A DNA stretch of 64,000 nucleotides from the human T2T-CHM13v2.0 reference genome, Homo sapiens. Shown here piece by piece: positions 44,228 to 64,000 of the stretch. The stretch lies in NCBI RefSeq assembly GCF_009914755.1, contig NC_060927.1. One strand, written 5' to 3'. The notes under the pieces are model-generated. The model was not told the DNA's origin and made no database searches. It saw nothing but the letters and a program-made list of their open reading frames with translations. A program made the translations under genes and the position numbers. How positions within the stretch are numbered: position 1 is the stretch's first letter; every line of letters begins with the position of its first letter.

Positions 44228-46130
44228 CGAGAGATGACAATGTGTTAGCAGCCCTCGCTCACTCTCAGTGCCTCCTTGGCCTTGGCGTCTGCTCTGGCCA
44301 CACTTGAGGAGCCCTTCAGCCTGCCAGTGCACTGTGGGAGCCCCTCTCTGGGCTGGTGGAGGCTGGAGCCAGCTCCCTTGGCTTGCGGGGAGGTGTGGAG
44401 GGAGAGGCGCTGGTGGGAACTGGGGCTGCGGGCAGTGCTCGCAGGCCAGCACGAGTTCCGGGTGGGCGCAGGCTCAGTGGGCCCCACAGTCAGAGCGGCC
44501 GGCCCCTGGGCAGTGAGGGGCTTAGCACCTGGGCCAGCAGCTGCAGAGGGTGCGCCGGGTCCCCCAGCACTGCCAGCCCGCCGGCACTGTGCTTGAATTC
44601 TCACTGGGCCTCAGCTGCCTCCCCACGGGGCAGGGCTTGGTTCCTGTACCCCACCATGTTGTCCCCTCTGCCTAGCTCCTCTGCACCACCTCCCCTGCCC
44701 CCTCTCTCCCCCACTTCCCTCTTCCCCTCTCCCCACCCCCCACTCCTGCTCTCCCCCCTCCCCCTGCCCCCCACAACCTCCCCCTCCCCCTCCCCCTTTT
44801 TCTTTCTCTCCCCCCCGCCACCCCACCCTCCTCCCCCGCCACCCCACCTCCTCCCCTGCCACCCCACCCCCACCCTCCCCTCCATGGGCTCCCACACAGC
44901 TCGAGCCTACCTGACCAGCGCCGCCCTCTGCTCCACGGCGCCTGGTCCCATCTACCACCCAAGGGCTGAGGTGTGCAGGTGCGTGGTGTGGGACTGGTGG
45001 GCAGCTCCATCCATGGCCCAGGCACTGGATCCACTAGGCAAAGCCAGCTGGGCTCCTGAGTCGGGTGGGGTCTTGGAGAACTTTTATGTCTAGCTGGAGG
45101 ATTGTATATGCACCAATCAGCACTCTGTGTCTAGCTCGGGGTTTGTGGATGCACCAATCAGCACTTTGTGTCTAGCTCAAGGTTTGTAAATGCACCAATC
45201 AGCACCCTGTGTCTAACTCAAGGTTTGTAAATGCACCAATCAGTGCTCTGCATTTAGCTAACCTAGTGGGGACTTGGACAACTTTTGTGTCTAGTTAAAG
45301 GATTGTAAATGCACCAATCAGTACTCTGTGTCTAGCTCAAGGTTTGTAAATGCATCAATCAGTGCTCTGTGTCTAGTTAATCTAGTGGGGACTTGGAGAA
45401 CTTTTATGTCTAGCTAGAGGATTGTAAACACACCAATCAGCACCCTGTCAAAACAGACCAATCAGCTCTCTGTAAAACGGACCAATCAGCAGGATGTGGG
45501 TGGGGTCAGATAAGGGAATAAAAGCAGGCTGCCCCAGCCTGCAGCAGAAACCCATTCGGGTTCCTTTCCATGCCATGGAAGCTTTGTTCTTTCGCCCTTT
45601 GCAGTAAATCTTGCTGCTGTTCACTCTTTGGGTCTGCACCCACCTTTAAGAGCTGTAACACTTACCGCGAAGGTCTGCACGTTCACTCCTGAAGCCAGCA
45701 AGACCACGAACCCACCGGAAGGAACGAATAACTCCAGACGCGCAGCCTTTAAGAGCTGTAACACTTACCGCGAAGGTCTGTGGCTTCACTCCTGAAGTCA
45801 GCAAGACCATGAACCTACTAGAAGGAAGAAACTCCGGACACATCTGAACATTTGAAGGAACAAACTCTGGACACGCCATCTTTAAGAACTGTAACACTCA
45901 CTGTGAGGGTCCACGGCTTCACTCTTGAAGTCAGTGAGACCACAAACTTATCAAAAGGAAGAAACTCTGGACGCATCTGAACATCTGAAGGAACAAACTC
46001 CGGACACATCTGAACATCTGAGGGAACAAACTCCGGACACACCATCTTTAAGAACTGTAACACTCATGCGAGGGTCCGCGGCTTCATTCTTGAAGTCAGC
46101 GAGACCAAGAACCCACCAATTCCGGACACA
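44228..46130 (+). mobile_element. Solo LTR12 (D/E-like, ERV9) with an expanded C-rich tract
   Basis: cgagagatgacaatgtgttagcagccctcgc...cccaccaattccggacaca with a 4-bp TSD ctat. Many gcaccaatcag repeats and duplicated U5 units. Confidence 0.93.
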
Positions 46131-47127
46131 CTATTACATTGTACTAGCTTCTACTGCCCTTTGTATTTCTGATTAATAAGGAAATCCTTTAACTTGATAA
46201 AGCCACCTGGGTAGAAAATGATTTTGTCAGTGATTGCCTGAGCTTGCTAGTAGTTGAAAAACATAAATAAAACTTTCTTGCTTCTTCTTTCCCATTTAAG
46301 TTTAGAGTGAGTAAACAAACCTTTTTCCTTTCTGTCTTTATTTTGTTTAGTAGTGCTTTTACAAGTGCTGTTGGAGAAGACAGCCATATTCTAGGAGGTG
46401 TCAAGAGAATAAAAATGGATATGGGATGCAAATGCTGTTTCTGTTCTTTAAAAAGCAACTAGCTAACCCAGAAACCATTGCTTGGTACACATGTGTGTGA
46501 AACAGACACAATCTCTTTGGGTCATTTATTGATATGGTGAGATGCAAAGCAAAGAAATTAGAGTTATCGCTTAACCAGCACCTGGCCTTTTCTTCCTCCC
46601 TAAATCAACCTTGATTTCTAATTTTTATCTAACTTTATCTTTGAAGTTTCTCTTCATGATGCTCCCATTTTTGGGGTGGAGTATATTGATTTATAGGTCA
46701 AGCACATGAGTTTCTTAAGGCAAAGCACAAATTACTTACTACTTGATTGTTGTTTTGTTGTTGTTTTTGTCTTTGCCTTACTAACTTCAGTTTAAAAGTA
46801 AATCTTTCCACAGTGTAAAGTAGACTGACAGACTGGCCAGCATCCTCAGTGATGGTCTTGATTGGGAAGACAAACGCAAGGTGATTTAGTGTCGTAGTCT
46901 CAGAACTGGTTGGAGAAGGTAGAGCAAAATGGCTAATAACAATGATTTTAGAAAAACAATGGCTTGGTGCTGATTGTGTACTTTCTTGCTGTGTAATCTC
47001 AGGTCAATTACTTTACCTCTCTAAGCACTAAGCCTGGCACATAGTAAACATTCAACAACTGTTAGCTAGTTACACTAGTTGTAACAAAGAGAATTTAACT
47101 ATTAGCTATTAGTATTGTTATTAGTAG

Positions 47128-47468
<341 letters not shown>

Positions 47469-47794
47469 ATTTTAAACCCCAGTGGGACAATGAGCCCTTC
47501 TTTATTTCCTATGAGTGTTAGTGGCACTTTTGGACCATATAGTTCCAGAAATCAGAAACCTGGGAACCATCGTTAACAATTCTTTTTCCTTCCACTGTCA
47601 CCTCCATTCTCCTTCCAAACTCCACATGTGGCACATGCACAACAGCCAGCGAATTATCTGCTAATTGCTGTCAATTCCAGCTTTGATTTGGCTCCCAGAC
47701 TAGCTTTTTCCTCTTTATTCACCCCACCCATCAGCAACCTTGGCCCCAGCATTGTTGTTTCTCTTATCTTGGTTCTCTCTCTCTCTCTCTCTCT

Positions 47795-47975
47795 TTGTTT
47801 TGTTTTTAGAAACAAAGTCTCACTCTGTCACCCAGGCTGGAGTGCAGTGGCACAATCATAGCTCATTGCAGCCTTGAACTCCTGGGCTGCAGTGAGCTAT
47901 GATTGTGCCACTAAGATGGGAGGGCTCAAGTGATCCTCCTACCTCAGCCTCCTGAGTAGCTGGGACTACAGGCAA
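47795..47975 (-). mobile_element. AluJ arm or monomer with an internal inverted duplication
   Basis: Antisense Alu arm with 28-bp inverted arms at 47846-47873 and 47885-47912. Confidence 0.85.
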
Positions 47976-48047
47976 TTGCCATTGTTCCTGGCTTACCCTG
48001 GTACTCTCTGTAACACTCATCTCTCTCTATTAGATATACACATTTTA

Positions 48048-48354
48048 GGCCGGGTGAGGTGGCTCACGCCTGTAATCCCAGCACTTTGGGAGGCTGAGGA
48101 AGGTGGGTCACGAAGTCAGGAGATCGAGACCATCCTGGCTAACATGCTGAAACCCCATCTCTACTAAACAAAATACAAAAAGTTAGCCAGATGTGGTGGC
48201 GGGCGCCTGTAGTCCCAGCTACTTGGGAGGCTGAGCAGGAAAATGGCATGAACCCGGGAGGCGGAGGTTGCAGTAAGCCGAGATCGTGCCACTGCACTCC
48301 AGCCTGGGTGACAGAGTGAGACTCCGTCTCAAAAAAAAAAAAAAAAAAAAAAAA
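48048..48354 (+). mobile_element. AluY
   Basis: Full dimer with long A tail; TSD agatata(c/t)acatttt. Confidence 0.9.
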
Positions 48355-51300
48355 GATATATACATTTTTTTTTCTCTACTGTTTACTGCTGTATTCCCAG
48401 TACCTAGAATGGTGCCTGGAGAATGTTAAATGCACTTAAATATTACCTGTTGAATGAAGGAATGAATGTAGAGAGGAAAGGAATGAAAGAATAAATGCCA
48501 AGGCTACTCCCCTCTTTTAGGCCAATATCACATGCATTTGGATTTCTGCAGTCATCTCCTAAGGGTCTACCTGTCTCCAGGCTTGCTTTCTACCTTTTAT
48601 TTTTTGCACTGTAGCCAGAGTTGTCTTTCTAAGAGGCATATCTAATTTTGCTACTTCCTGGCTAAATTCCCTAGCAGCCTTTGACCACTCTGCCCTTGTT
48701 CCTTATTTATCTTTCTTTCCTGGCACTCTTCTCTGACCTTTTGTGGCTTCCCTTCCCTCCAGCTACATTATTTACCATTCCCTGAACTCATCTCCTTTGA
48801 GAAAAGGTGGCTTCTTCTTCCTGGAATATTCCTCCTTTCCCTGTGCCTCTTTGGTCAGCTACCTTCCTCCAGCCATTAAAGACTCAAGGAACATATCACT
48901 TCTCTGTGGAAGCTTTCTGATCAACCTCTGTTGACTAAGTTGGCATTAGGCACCTTTCTTGGTGTTACCGTAGCACTCTGGCTCCATTGATGACAGCATT
49001 TACCATTTTGTGTTGTAGTGGCCTTTGGAAGGGAGCACCTTGAGCTCAGTGTGCTCTATATTGTACGTCTCTGCATTTCTTATTCCTCGCGGAAAGACTG
49101 ACATGTGATAAGTGCTTAACCAATGCTTTCTGAATGTCACTATACCATATCAGGTGACTGCTGAACTGGGAGGTCAGTGTTTTGGGTCAGTGTAATCAAG
49201 ATACAGATGGAACTGTACACGATTAGTTTTTGTTCATTTTTAAAGTTTCTAGGCAGTACTGGCATGGAGTTGTATATTAGTCCGAGGTGGTGGTTTTATT
49301 GAAGCTTTTTCAAATATGGCCATGCTGTCTAATAAATGCCATATAAAGGCTACTTTAAACACCATTACAGAATCTGAGATAACTTGCTTCTAGAGAAACA
49401 GTCTTTAGCCTGTGGACAGAGCCACCATAAGCCACAGCTCCCCACCATGGTCAACACAGCATGCTGCTGGCTTAGAGCTTTCCATCCACTGGTGCAGGTC
49501 ATGACAGGTAAAGCTGACTTAATGTAACCACCAAGAGCCAAATGCCTTGCCTAACCACCACAGCACAAGGTTCATGGACACATTTCCTGGCCCTATTGAA
49601 TGCCTCTCTGCCTAAATATTTTGCTCTCCCCCAATTCCATGCCTTTGCTCAATTTTTGGTGTGGAATTTTCAATTCCAAACCCATGAAATGTTGCAGTCA
49701 TTGAGAATGCACCAAACAAATTATATCCTTCTTTTCCTCCTGGGTGTATAACAAAATAGAACAAAAGTCAAAGATTATCAAATGGGAGGCCAAAACGCCA
49801 TCTTTATTGTGATAAACACTGAGTTGAAGCTGTAGCTTATTGTGAGAATCAAGTGGGTTTCCTGAATCTGATCCCAAGAATGAAGTAGCCTCACCCAGTC
49901 AGAGGTGATGCAGGACTCGGCAGGTCTCCTCATAATGAAGATGGGACGTCAGAAAGCAAGGGAACGCTCCCATACCCTGTGGGCAGCTCACGTCTGAAGA
50001 AAATGCTGGACAAGGTGTCTGGCTCAGCTGTGTCACTCCACTTCCCCTTAGGCGTTGGTAAAGCAGTGGAGGCAGGCCAAGGTTGTTACCCTACTTGAGC
50101 TCCCTCACTATGGAAGGAGTGAAGAGTGGGAAGAAGTGTTCCCACCCTGCACCACACACATAATAAGGGCTGAAATCACTTTTATGACTTAATCAATAAA
50201 ACATAGATTAGGAGGTGCTACTGTCCCACAATAGGATTTGCTCCTTTGAGTTCCTATACTTGCCTGCTGTACTGGAACACATATGGATGATAATTTTTCA
50301 CTAGTAAAGAGAAGACTGGGTGAATCATTTATGGATGGCTTATAATGAACTCTAATGATGGTCACATAAAATGTCTGCTGTATTTCTTGCCTGTATTGTA
50401 ATGCTACCCATCGCATTACAAATTGAAGAAATAGCCATTAAATTGACTCAATTTATTTTCAAACTGTAATCCCTTTCAGACTTCTAAGTTAAAGTCCAGT
50501 AATGGATACATTACTTTGACCTTAAGGCATTAATGTTGCATTTTAAAAGCTGGCTAATATGGGTCCATGTGATGTCTGTCAGATTTAGAAGGTTGATCAC
50601 TTAATAATGTCATGGTCCCTATCACTATACAGTATCAAATGTTCTGCTGAACTGGAGGCTGGTGTTTTGGGTCAGTGTAACCAAGATACAGAGAGAAGTG
50701 ATGAGGATAGCTGACCTTTCAGAAAGTCTTAGGATCTGTGATGTAAAACTGTGCCAGCTTACAGGTTTACTTACCCACGGCTCCCAAAGAAAGTACAGGG
50801 GTAGTGAAAAAGAGGGAAACACCATGCCTCTCTATTTGCCTATTTATGGCTGGTGGCCATTTCCACAGCAGAGTGGCATATAAAATCTAAGGTTGGGCCA
50901 GGTGACTCCTGAGGTCCATTTTGGCTGTTAATGGCAAGCGTTAGGAGGATTCCACTGTTGAGTTTAAAAAGCCACCAAGTCCTTGCTCTGTGCTTGATGT
51001 GACCCAGTGGTGAAGTCTATTGCCTACCTAAGGAAGGAGAACGGGGAAAGGAAAATGGAGAGATGAGAGGGTGTGGAAGAATGAGGAAATGGCCTCATCT
51101 TGAGGAGTTCACATCTAAGCTAAGGAAACAGACAGATGCACACAGTCATTTGAAGAAGACCAAATGTTTGGTCAGTAAAAGAGACAGTTTAAGGACATAT
51201 AAAATACCTTGGTCACAGCACTTACCATCTCTGAGACTTCTTTCTGTATCTCTACATCCTCATTTGCTATCAATACCTATCTTATGGAATTAAGAAAGGG

Positions 51301-51887
51301 TTATATGACATGATGCTTACAAGTTTCTTACTGCAGTGGCTGGCCCATAATAATACCTTTATGAATGCTGGGTTTCAAAAATAATACTACCAGACTTGCA
51401 TCCTTACATTGCTGTCAAACAGTGTGCCTGGATCATGTTTTCCTTGGTCCTTGAAGAAAAGTTTTATTGCGTTGACATTTAATGTTACAAGCATTTTGTA
51501 CAGAGTTGGCATGAGAGACATTTACTTTCCCCAAAAACAGGGTTTTGCATTCTTCTATAAACACCTGAGCGATAAATTCTTCCAACTCTAGAAGTCAAAG
51601 GGAAGAGGATATGAAAAGGAAACTCACAAAAGAAAAAATACAAACAGCTAGTGAATACAGGAAAAAAGTAAAGATAACATTAGTGAATAAAAACTGAAAC
51701 ATCAATGAGACATGATTTTCACGGATCCTATTGTAAAGATTGAAATAGTAATTCTCAGTATAAAAGGGAGAAATGGGCCTTCTTATATTGGTTTAGGTAA
51801 AAATTGGTTCAAACTTTCTGGAAAAAAAACTTGATGATATGTATCAAGTAGTCTAAGGTTTTTCTTGGTTCTAATCCAACAATTTCA

Positions 51888-52304
<417 letters not shown>

Positions 52305-53489
52305 CTATTCAATGGTGAAATGCTTTCTTGATATGTTACATGAAAAAGATCGAGGGGTAATTGAGATTTCATTAACAGTCTGTACTGGAAAATGACACTC
52401 ATAATTAAGATTCCAATTATGTGGAAAAATGTTCATAATATGTCATGTAGTTACGAAAATGGGTTACACAATCACAGGACAATTGTAATTTTACATAAAA
52501 GTATATTTTCTATGATACTGGAACTATACACATCAGATGTGAAAAATGATTACTTTTGGAAGCTGGCATTATGTATGATTTAAATTTCATTATTTGTGTT
52601 TTTCTGTATTTACTGATTTCTCTTTTAAAATATGGTTTTAATTACACAAGTAATAACACATATTCTCTGTAATAAAATATTGAAACAAAACAGAAGTACA
52701 TACTAAAAAGTGAAAGTCTGTCTTCCGTTGCACTTCCCCTAAGTTCCCCAAACACTGATGCCCTCTTTAGAGAAATGACTATAGTTTTGAGGTATGTTTC
52801 CAGAACCCTTTCTAGGGAGTTCAGGAGCTTCAAGCTGCTGAACACTCTCAGCCATTTATCCTGGGCTCTTTTGCATGTAGCACTCTACTGAATGCCGGGC
52901 TCCTCTGAGAGGCTGTCAGTGTCCTCTGGCTACACTCAGGGAATAGGGACTCCCTGGGAGTTCTTCTGACCCTCTCTACCCTTCTTTCCCCTCCATTTTA
53001 ATGACCCTGAGAACATCTAATTGTGTGCCTGTTTCTTCTCTGTTTCTCTCCTCCTCTCAGTCAGCCATACTCCTCCTTTTGAATTCTCTTTACCTTTGGA
53101 TTTTGAAAATGTTATGCTTAACTTGCTGAGCCTTGGTTTCTAAGGAATTTTTAGGATAATAGAATTCATTCTCAATAAATCTTGGCTTTCAAGACTTTTT
53201 TCCCTCCCTCCCTCCCTCCCTTTCTCCCTCCTTCCTTCCCTCCCTGCCTCTCTCTGCCTTCCTGCTTCCTCTCTTTCTGCCATAGACTAAAACATCTTTA
53301 TGTATAAGTCCTCTGCCTAACACTGACTCCTTTCATTTTGTATTTTCACTAAAACAACTTTCAGCCTCTAGCTGAATTGGGAGAAGGTCAAATATAAGGA
53401 GGGCAAAAGACAGAAGGATACAGTAACATATTTCTAAAAATTTCTTATCAAACTATAGATTTAAAAAAGTTACACTGTACATGCAGAGT

Positions 53490-55540
53490 TTTTAGGTCAG
53501 ATTTATTGAGGTCTGATTTATGGTTAGTAAAATTTACCCCTTTTAGGTGTATAGTTGATGATCCTGGTCAAATACATACAGCTCTGTAATCAAGACTACA
53601 ACCAAGATATAGAACGTTTCATCACCCAAACCCTTCCTTAGTGCCACTTTGTAGTGTCTCTTCCCCTAACCCTTGTCTCTGGCAACCATTGATGTGATCT
53701 AGTTTCACTTCTAGAATGTTACATAAGTTACAGTGTGTAATTTTTTGAATCTGGCTTCTTTCACTTAGCACAATGCTTTTGAGATATATCCACATTGTGT
53801 ATCAGTAGTTCAATCTATCACCAAGTAGTATATTTTATGAACATACAACAATTTGTTTATCCATTTACCAGCTGATGGACATTTGGGTTGTTTTTAGTTT
53901 TTGGCAATTATAGATAAAGCTACTATAAACATTCATGTATAGTCGTTTTTGTTTTTGTTTTTGTTTTTGAGACAAGGACTCACTTTGTTGCCCAGGCGGA
54001 AAGGCAGTGGCAGGATCATAGCTCAATGCAGCTTCAAACTCCTGGGCTCAAGTGATCATCCTGCCTCAGCCTTCTGAGTAGCTGGGACTACAGGTGAGAG
54101 ACAACATACCAGGCTCAACATTTACATATATTCTTTCTCCAGACACATATTTTCATTTCTCTTAAGTAAATATCTAGAAGTGGGATTGCTGGCTAGTATA
54201 AGTGTATGATTCAGTTAAAAATATACTAAATTTTTTTTTCCATAGTGGTTGTACCATTTTGCATTACCACTAGCAATATGAGAGTTTCAGTTACTCCACA
54301 TTTGAACTAGCCCTTGGTATTGTCAGTTTTTTCTTTCATTTTTCCTTTAAAAAAAAAAAATCCTAGCTTTTCTACTAAGTGTGTAGTGGTATCTCATGGC
54401 AGTATTAATTTGTACTTCTCTTATTTTTTATGATATTGAGCATCGTGTTGTGTATTTATCTGTCATTGGTATCTTTTCTTGGTGAAGTGTCTGTTTAAAT
54501 CAATGCCCACTTTAAAAATTTTGTTTGTTTCTTATAATTGAATTTTAAAAGTTTTAAAAATATATTTTAGATACAAGTCCTTTATGTGTTTTGTGAATAT
54601 TTTCTTCCATTCAGTAGCTTGTCTTTCACTTTTTTGGCAATGCTTTCCAAAGAGCAGTAGTCCTTAATATTAATGAAGTCCAATTTAGTAAAATTTTTTC
54701 GTTTATAGCTCATGCTTTTTGTATCATATCTAAGAAAGCTTTGCCTTGCCCGTGGTTGTGAGCAATTTTTTCTCTTCTTCTCTTCTCTTCTTCTGGTTTC
54801 TCCTAGAAGCTTTATAGTTTTAGATTTTGCACTTAGGTGTATGACCATATTGAGTTAATTTTTGTATCTATGTGGTAAAGTTTATGTTCAAGTTTTTGCA
54901 TATAGAGGATCAATCGTTCAAGCACTATTTATTGAAGAGACAGTCTTTTCTCTATTGTATTACCTTGGGCCTTTGTCAAAATTTGATTGACATGTAGGTT
55001 AATTTCCAGACTCTTTATTCTGTTCTGTTAATCTACATGCCCTTGTGCCAATACCACATTCTCTTGATTATTATAGCATTATAAGATGTCTTGAAATCAG
55101 GTGGTGAGAGTCCTCAAACTTTCTTTCTCCAAAAATTGTATTCTAAGTCCTTTGCTTTTCTCTACAAATTTTAGTCATCTAGTCAATTTCTACCAAAAAA
55201 GGGCTGAAATTTTTATTGGGATTGCATTAAATTGATAAATCACATTGAAGAGAATTGATCTTTTAACAGTATATTGGGTTATCCTACCTATGAGCACATA
55301 CCTTCATCCATTTATTTAGGTGTTCTTCAATTTTTTTCATCATTGTTTTGTGATTTTTAGCATTCAAAGAGTGCACATATTTTAAGTTTATCCCTAAGTA
55401 TTTTATGATTTTTAATGCTATTATAGATGGCATTTTATTTAAAATTTAAGTTTCCAAATTTTTATGGCTAATTTATAGAAACAAAATTGATTTGTGTTCT
55501 GACTTGTATTTTTCAGCTTTGCTAAACTTATAATTCTATT
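53490..55540 (-). mobile_element. Old L1M (3' UTR and ORF2 end) with an inserted Alu monomer (about 53945-54115)
   Basis: tctggcttctttcacttagcacaatgcttttgaga, gtggtatctcatggcagtattaatttg; ORF2-like peptide LDFINIKDYCS. Confidence 0.8.
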
Positions 55541-55544
55541 AGAA

Positions 55545-62268
<6,724 letters not shown>

Positions 62269-62462
62269 TATCAGAAATTTTGTAGGTTGTTTGGGACTTT
62301 CTTTGTAGACAGTCATTCTTTATTTCTAATCTTTTATTTTATCTTTTTGCTGTTTCTTACTGATGAAGCCCTTTAATACAATATATAATAAATATACAAT
62401 AAGAGTAGTAAGAGCAGACATCCTCAATATGACTATTATTACTCTTTTAAATTATTGTCACT

Positions 62463-62464
<2 letters not shown>

Positions 62465-62497
<33 letters not shown>

Positions 62498-62783
62498 TTG
62501 AGACAGGGTCTTGCTCTGTCAGCCAGGCTGTAGTGCAGTGGCATGATCATGGCTCACTGCAGCCTTGACTTCCTGGGCTCAAGAGATCCTCCCACTTCAA
62601 CCTCCTGCGTAGCTGGGACCACAGGCAAGCACCACCATGGCTGGCTAATTTTTTATTGTTTGTAGAGATAGGGTCTCCTTATGTTGCCCAGGCTGGTCTT
62701 AAACTCCTGGTTTCAAGTGATCCTTCTGCTTTAGCCTTCCCAAATGCTGGGATTACAGGCATGAACCATGACGACGCCCAGCT
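62465..62783 (-). mobile_element. AluJ with (TTTA)n tail
   Basis: TSD attgtcacttta on both sides. Confidence 0.88.
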
Positions 62784-62871
62784 ATTGTCACTTTAGTGGA
62801 TGAAAATGGTGAATTATTGTTAGCATTTGAATATTCCTGGTTACTAGTGAAGTTGAATATATGTATTAACC

Positions 62872-63233
62872 ATGGTAATGCACTGCATAATGATGTTTTG
62901 GTCAAGGATGAACTGTATATTAGACAGTAGCCCTGTAAGATTATAATGGATCTGAAAAGTTCCTTTTACCTAGTGACATAATGTCTTAGTGCAACACATT
63001 ATCTTTTCTATGTTTAGATACACAAATACTTACCATTATGTTATAATTGCCTACAATATTCAGTATAGTAATATGCTTTCCAGATTTGTAGCCTAGGAGC
63101 AATAGGCTATGCCCTACAGCCTAAGTGTACAGTAGGCAATACCATCTAGGTTTGTGTAAGTATACTCTGTGAGATTCACACAATAACAAAATTGCCTAAT
63201 GACACATTTCTTACAATGTACCCCTGTTGTTAA
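62872..63233. mobile_element. Tigger3-family DNA transposon fragment
   Basis: atgcactgcataatgatgttttggtcaaggatgaactg...ttgtagcctaggagcaataggctatgcc...ccatctaggtttgtgtaagtatactct. Confidence 0.75.
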
Positions 63234-63637
63234 TGTTACTGAATATCAGTGGTTTGGTCTAGGTCCTGCTGCTGGCTGCACAGCAAGCCAATGACTGAGA
63301 CAAGTATTGCCAAGGAAGAAGGCTTTATTGGGTGCTGCAGTCGAGGAGATGGGAGATCAGTCTCAAATCCATCTCCCTGACCGACTAAAATTAGGGCTTT
63401 ATATAGCAGGGAAGAAATATAACAATGTATTGGAAAACAGGAACTAGAGAAGTGTAAGGAAACAAAATGAGGGGTCTGGCATCTCATTGGATGCAGTGAT
63501 CTGGTGAGTTTCAGTTCTTTGATACTTTTTGAGAAGCCTGGGGGGTCCTTTCTTGAGGAAGGAACTCAGATAAAACAAACGTAAGCTTTAAGACCAGAGG
63601 GTCAGTTTCTATGTTTATCCAAAATAACTGTCTGTGT
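63234..63637 (-). mobile_element. ERV1-class LTR (MER4-group-like), interrupted
   Basis: Starts tgttactgaatatcagtggtttggtctaggtcctgctgc; antisense poly(A) and TATA signals (ggctttattg, ttttatatag). Confidence 0.6.
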
Positions 63638-64000
63638 GAGGGGTCTCCAACTCCCACACTGTGGACCAGTACCAGCCATTGGCCTGTTAGGAACCAGGCT
63701 GCACAGTAGGAGGTGAGCAGAAGGCAAGCCAGTATTACTGCCTGAGCTCCACCTCCTGTCCTGTCAACAGTGGCATTAGATTCTCATAGGAGAGAATCTA
63801 GCAAACCCTATTGTGAACTGCACATGCTAGGGGTCTAGGTTGCTTAATCCTTATGAGAATCTAAAAATACATTTAATGTGCTTGAGTCATCCTAAAACCA
63901 TCCCTCCACCTCCACCCCAACCCCTTCAACCCCCCTTCCTGTCTGTGGAAAGATTGTCTTCCACAAAATCAGTCCCTGGTGCTAAAAAGGTTGGGGACTG
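63638..64000. mobile_element. MER1B-like hAT DNA transposon
   Basis: ggggtctccaac...ggcctgttaggaacc...gcattagattctcatagg...gtccctggtgctaaaaaggttggggactg. Confidence 0.85.

Noticed and set aside
44356-45093. 245-aa proline-rich ORF
   Set aside because: LTR12 sequence plus the C-rich expansion; no protein-family features.

Overview
Repeat-rich mammalian DNA, almost certainly human, because it carries an AluYb8. From memory (not checked) this is the VN2R1P/CASRL1 locus on 3q25. It holds no intact protein-coding gene. The main feature is a + strand family-C vomeronasal type 2 receptor (V2R2/Vmn2r1-like, class C GPCR) pseudogene at about 12270-30308. Exons 1, 2, the start of exon 3, exon 5 and exon 6 are recognisable. 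The lesions are a 1-nt frameshift just after the ATG, a deletion that removed most of exon 3 and apparently exon 4, and a 1-nt insertion in exon 5; the 7TM exon remains fully open. The most unusual object is a TSD-flanked, poly(A)-tailed retrocopy (36595-38069, - strand) nested inside L1s. It records a spliced chimeric mRNA that starts at a HERV-H LTR7 cap site, splices to a second LTR7 with a broken poly(A) signal, and continues into ALG1-like exons. Also present: a U3 snoRNA-L1 chimeric retrocopy, two solo LTR12s, a full-length decayed L1PA, a very closely spaced inverted AluYb8/AluY pair, two template-switch hairpins and a perfect 93-bp tandem duplication. Repeat subfamily names and comparisons to mouse Vmn2r1, ALG1, U3 and LTR7 rest on recalled sequences, not on searches.
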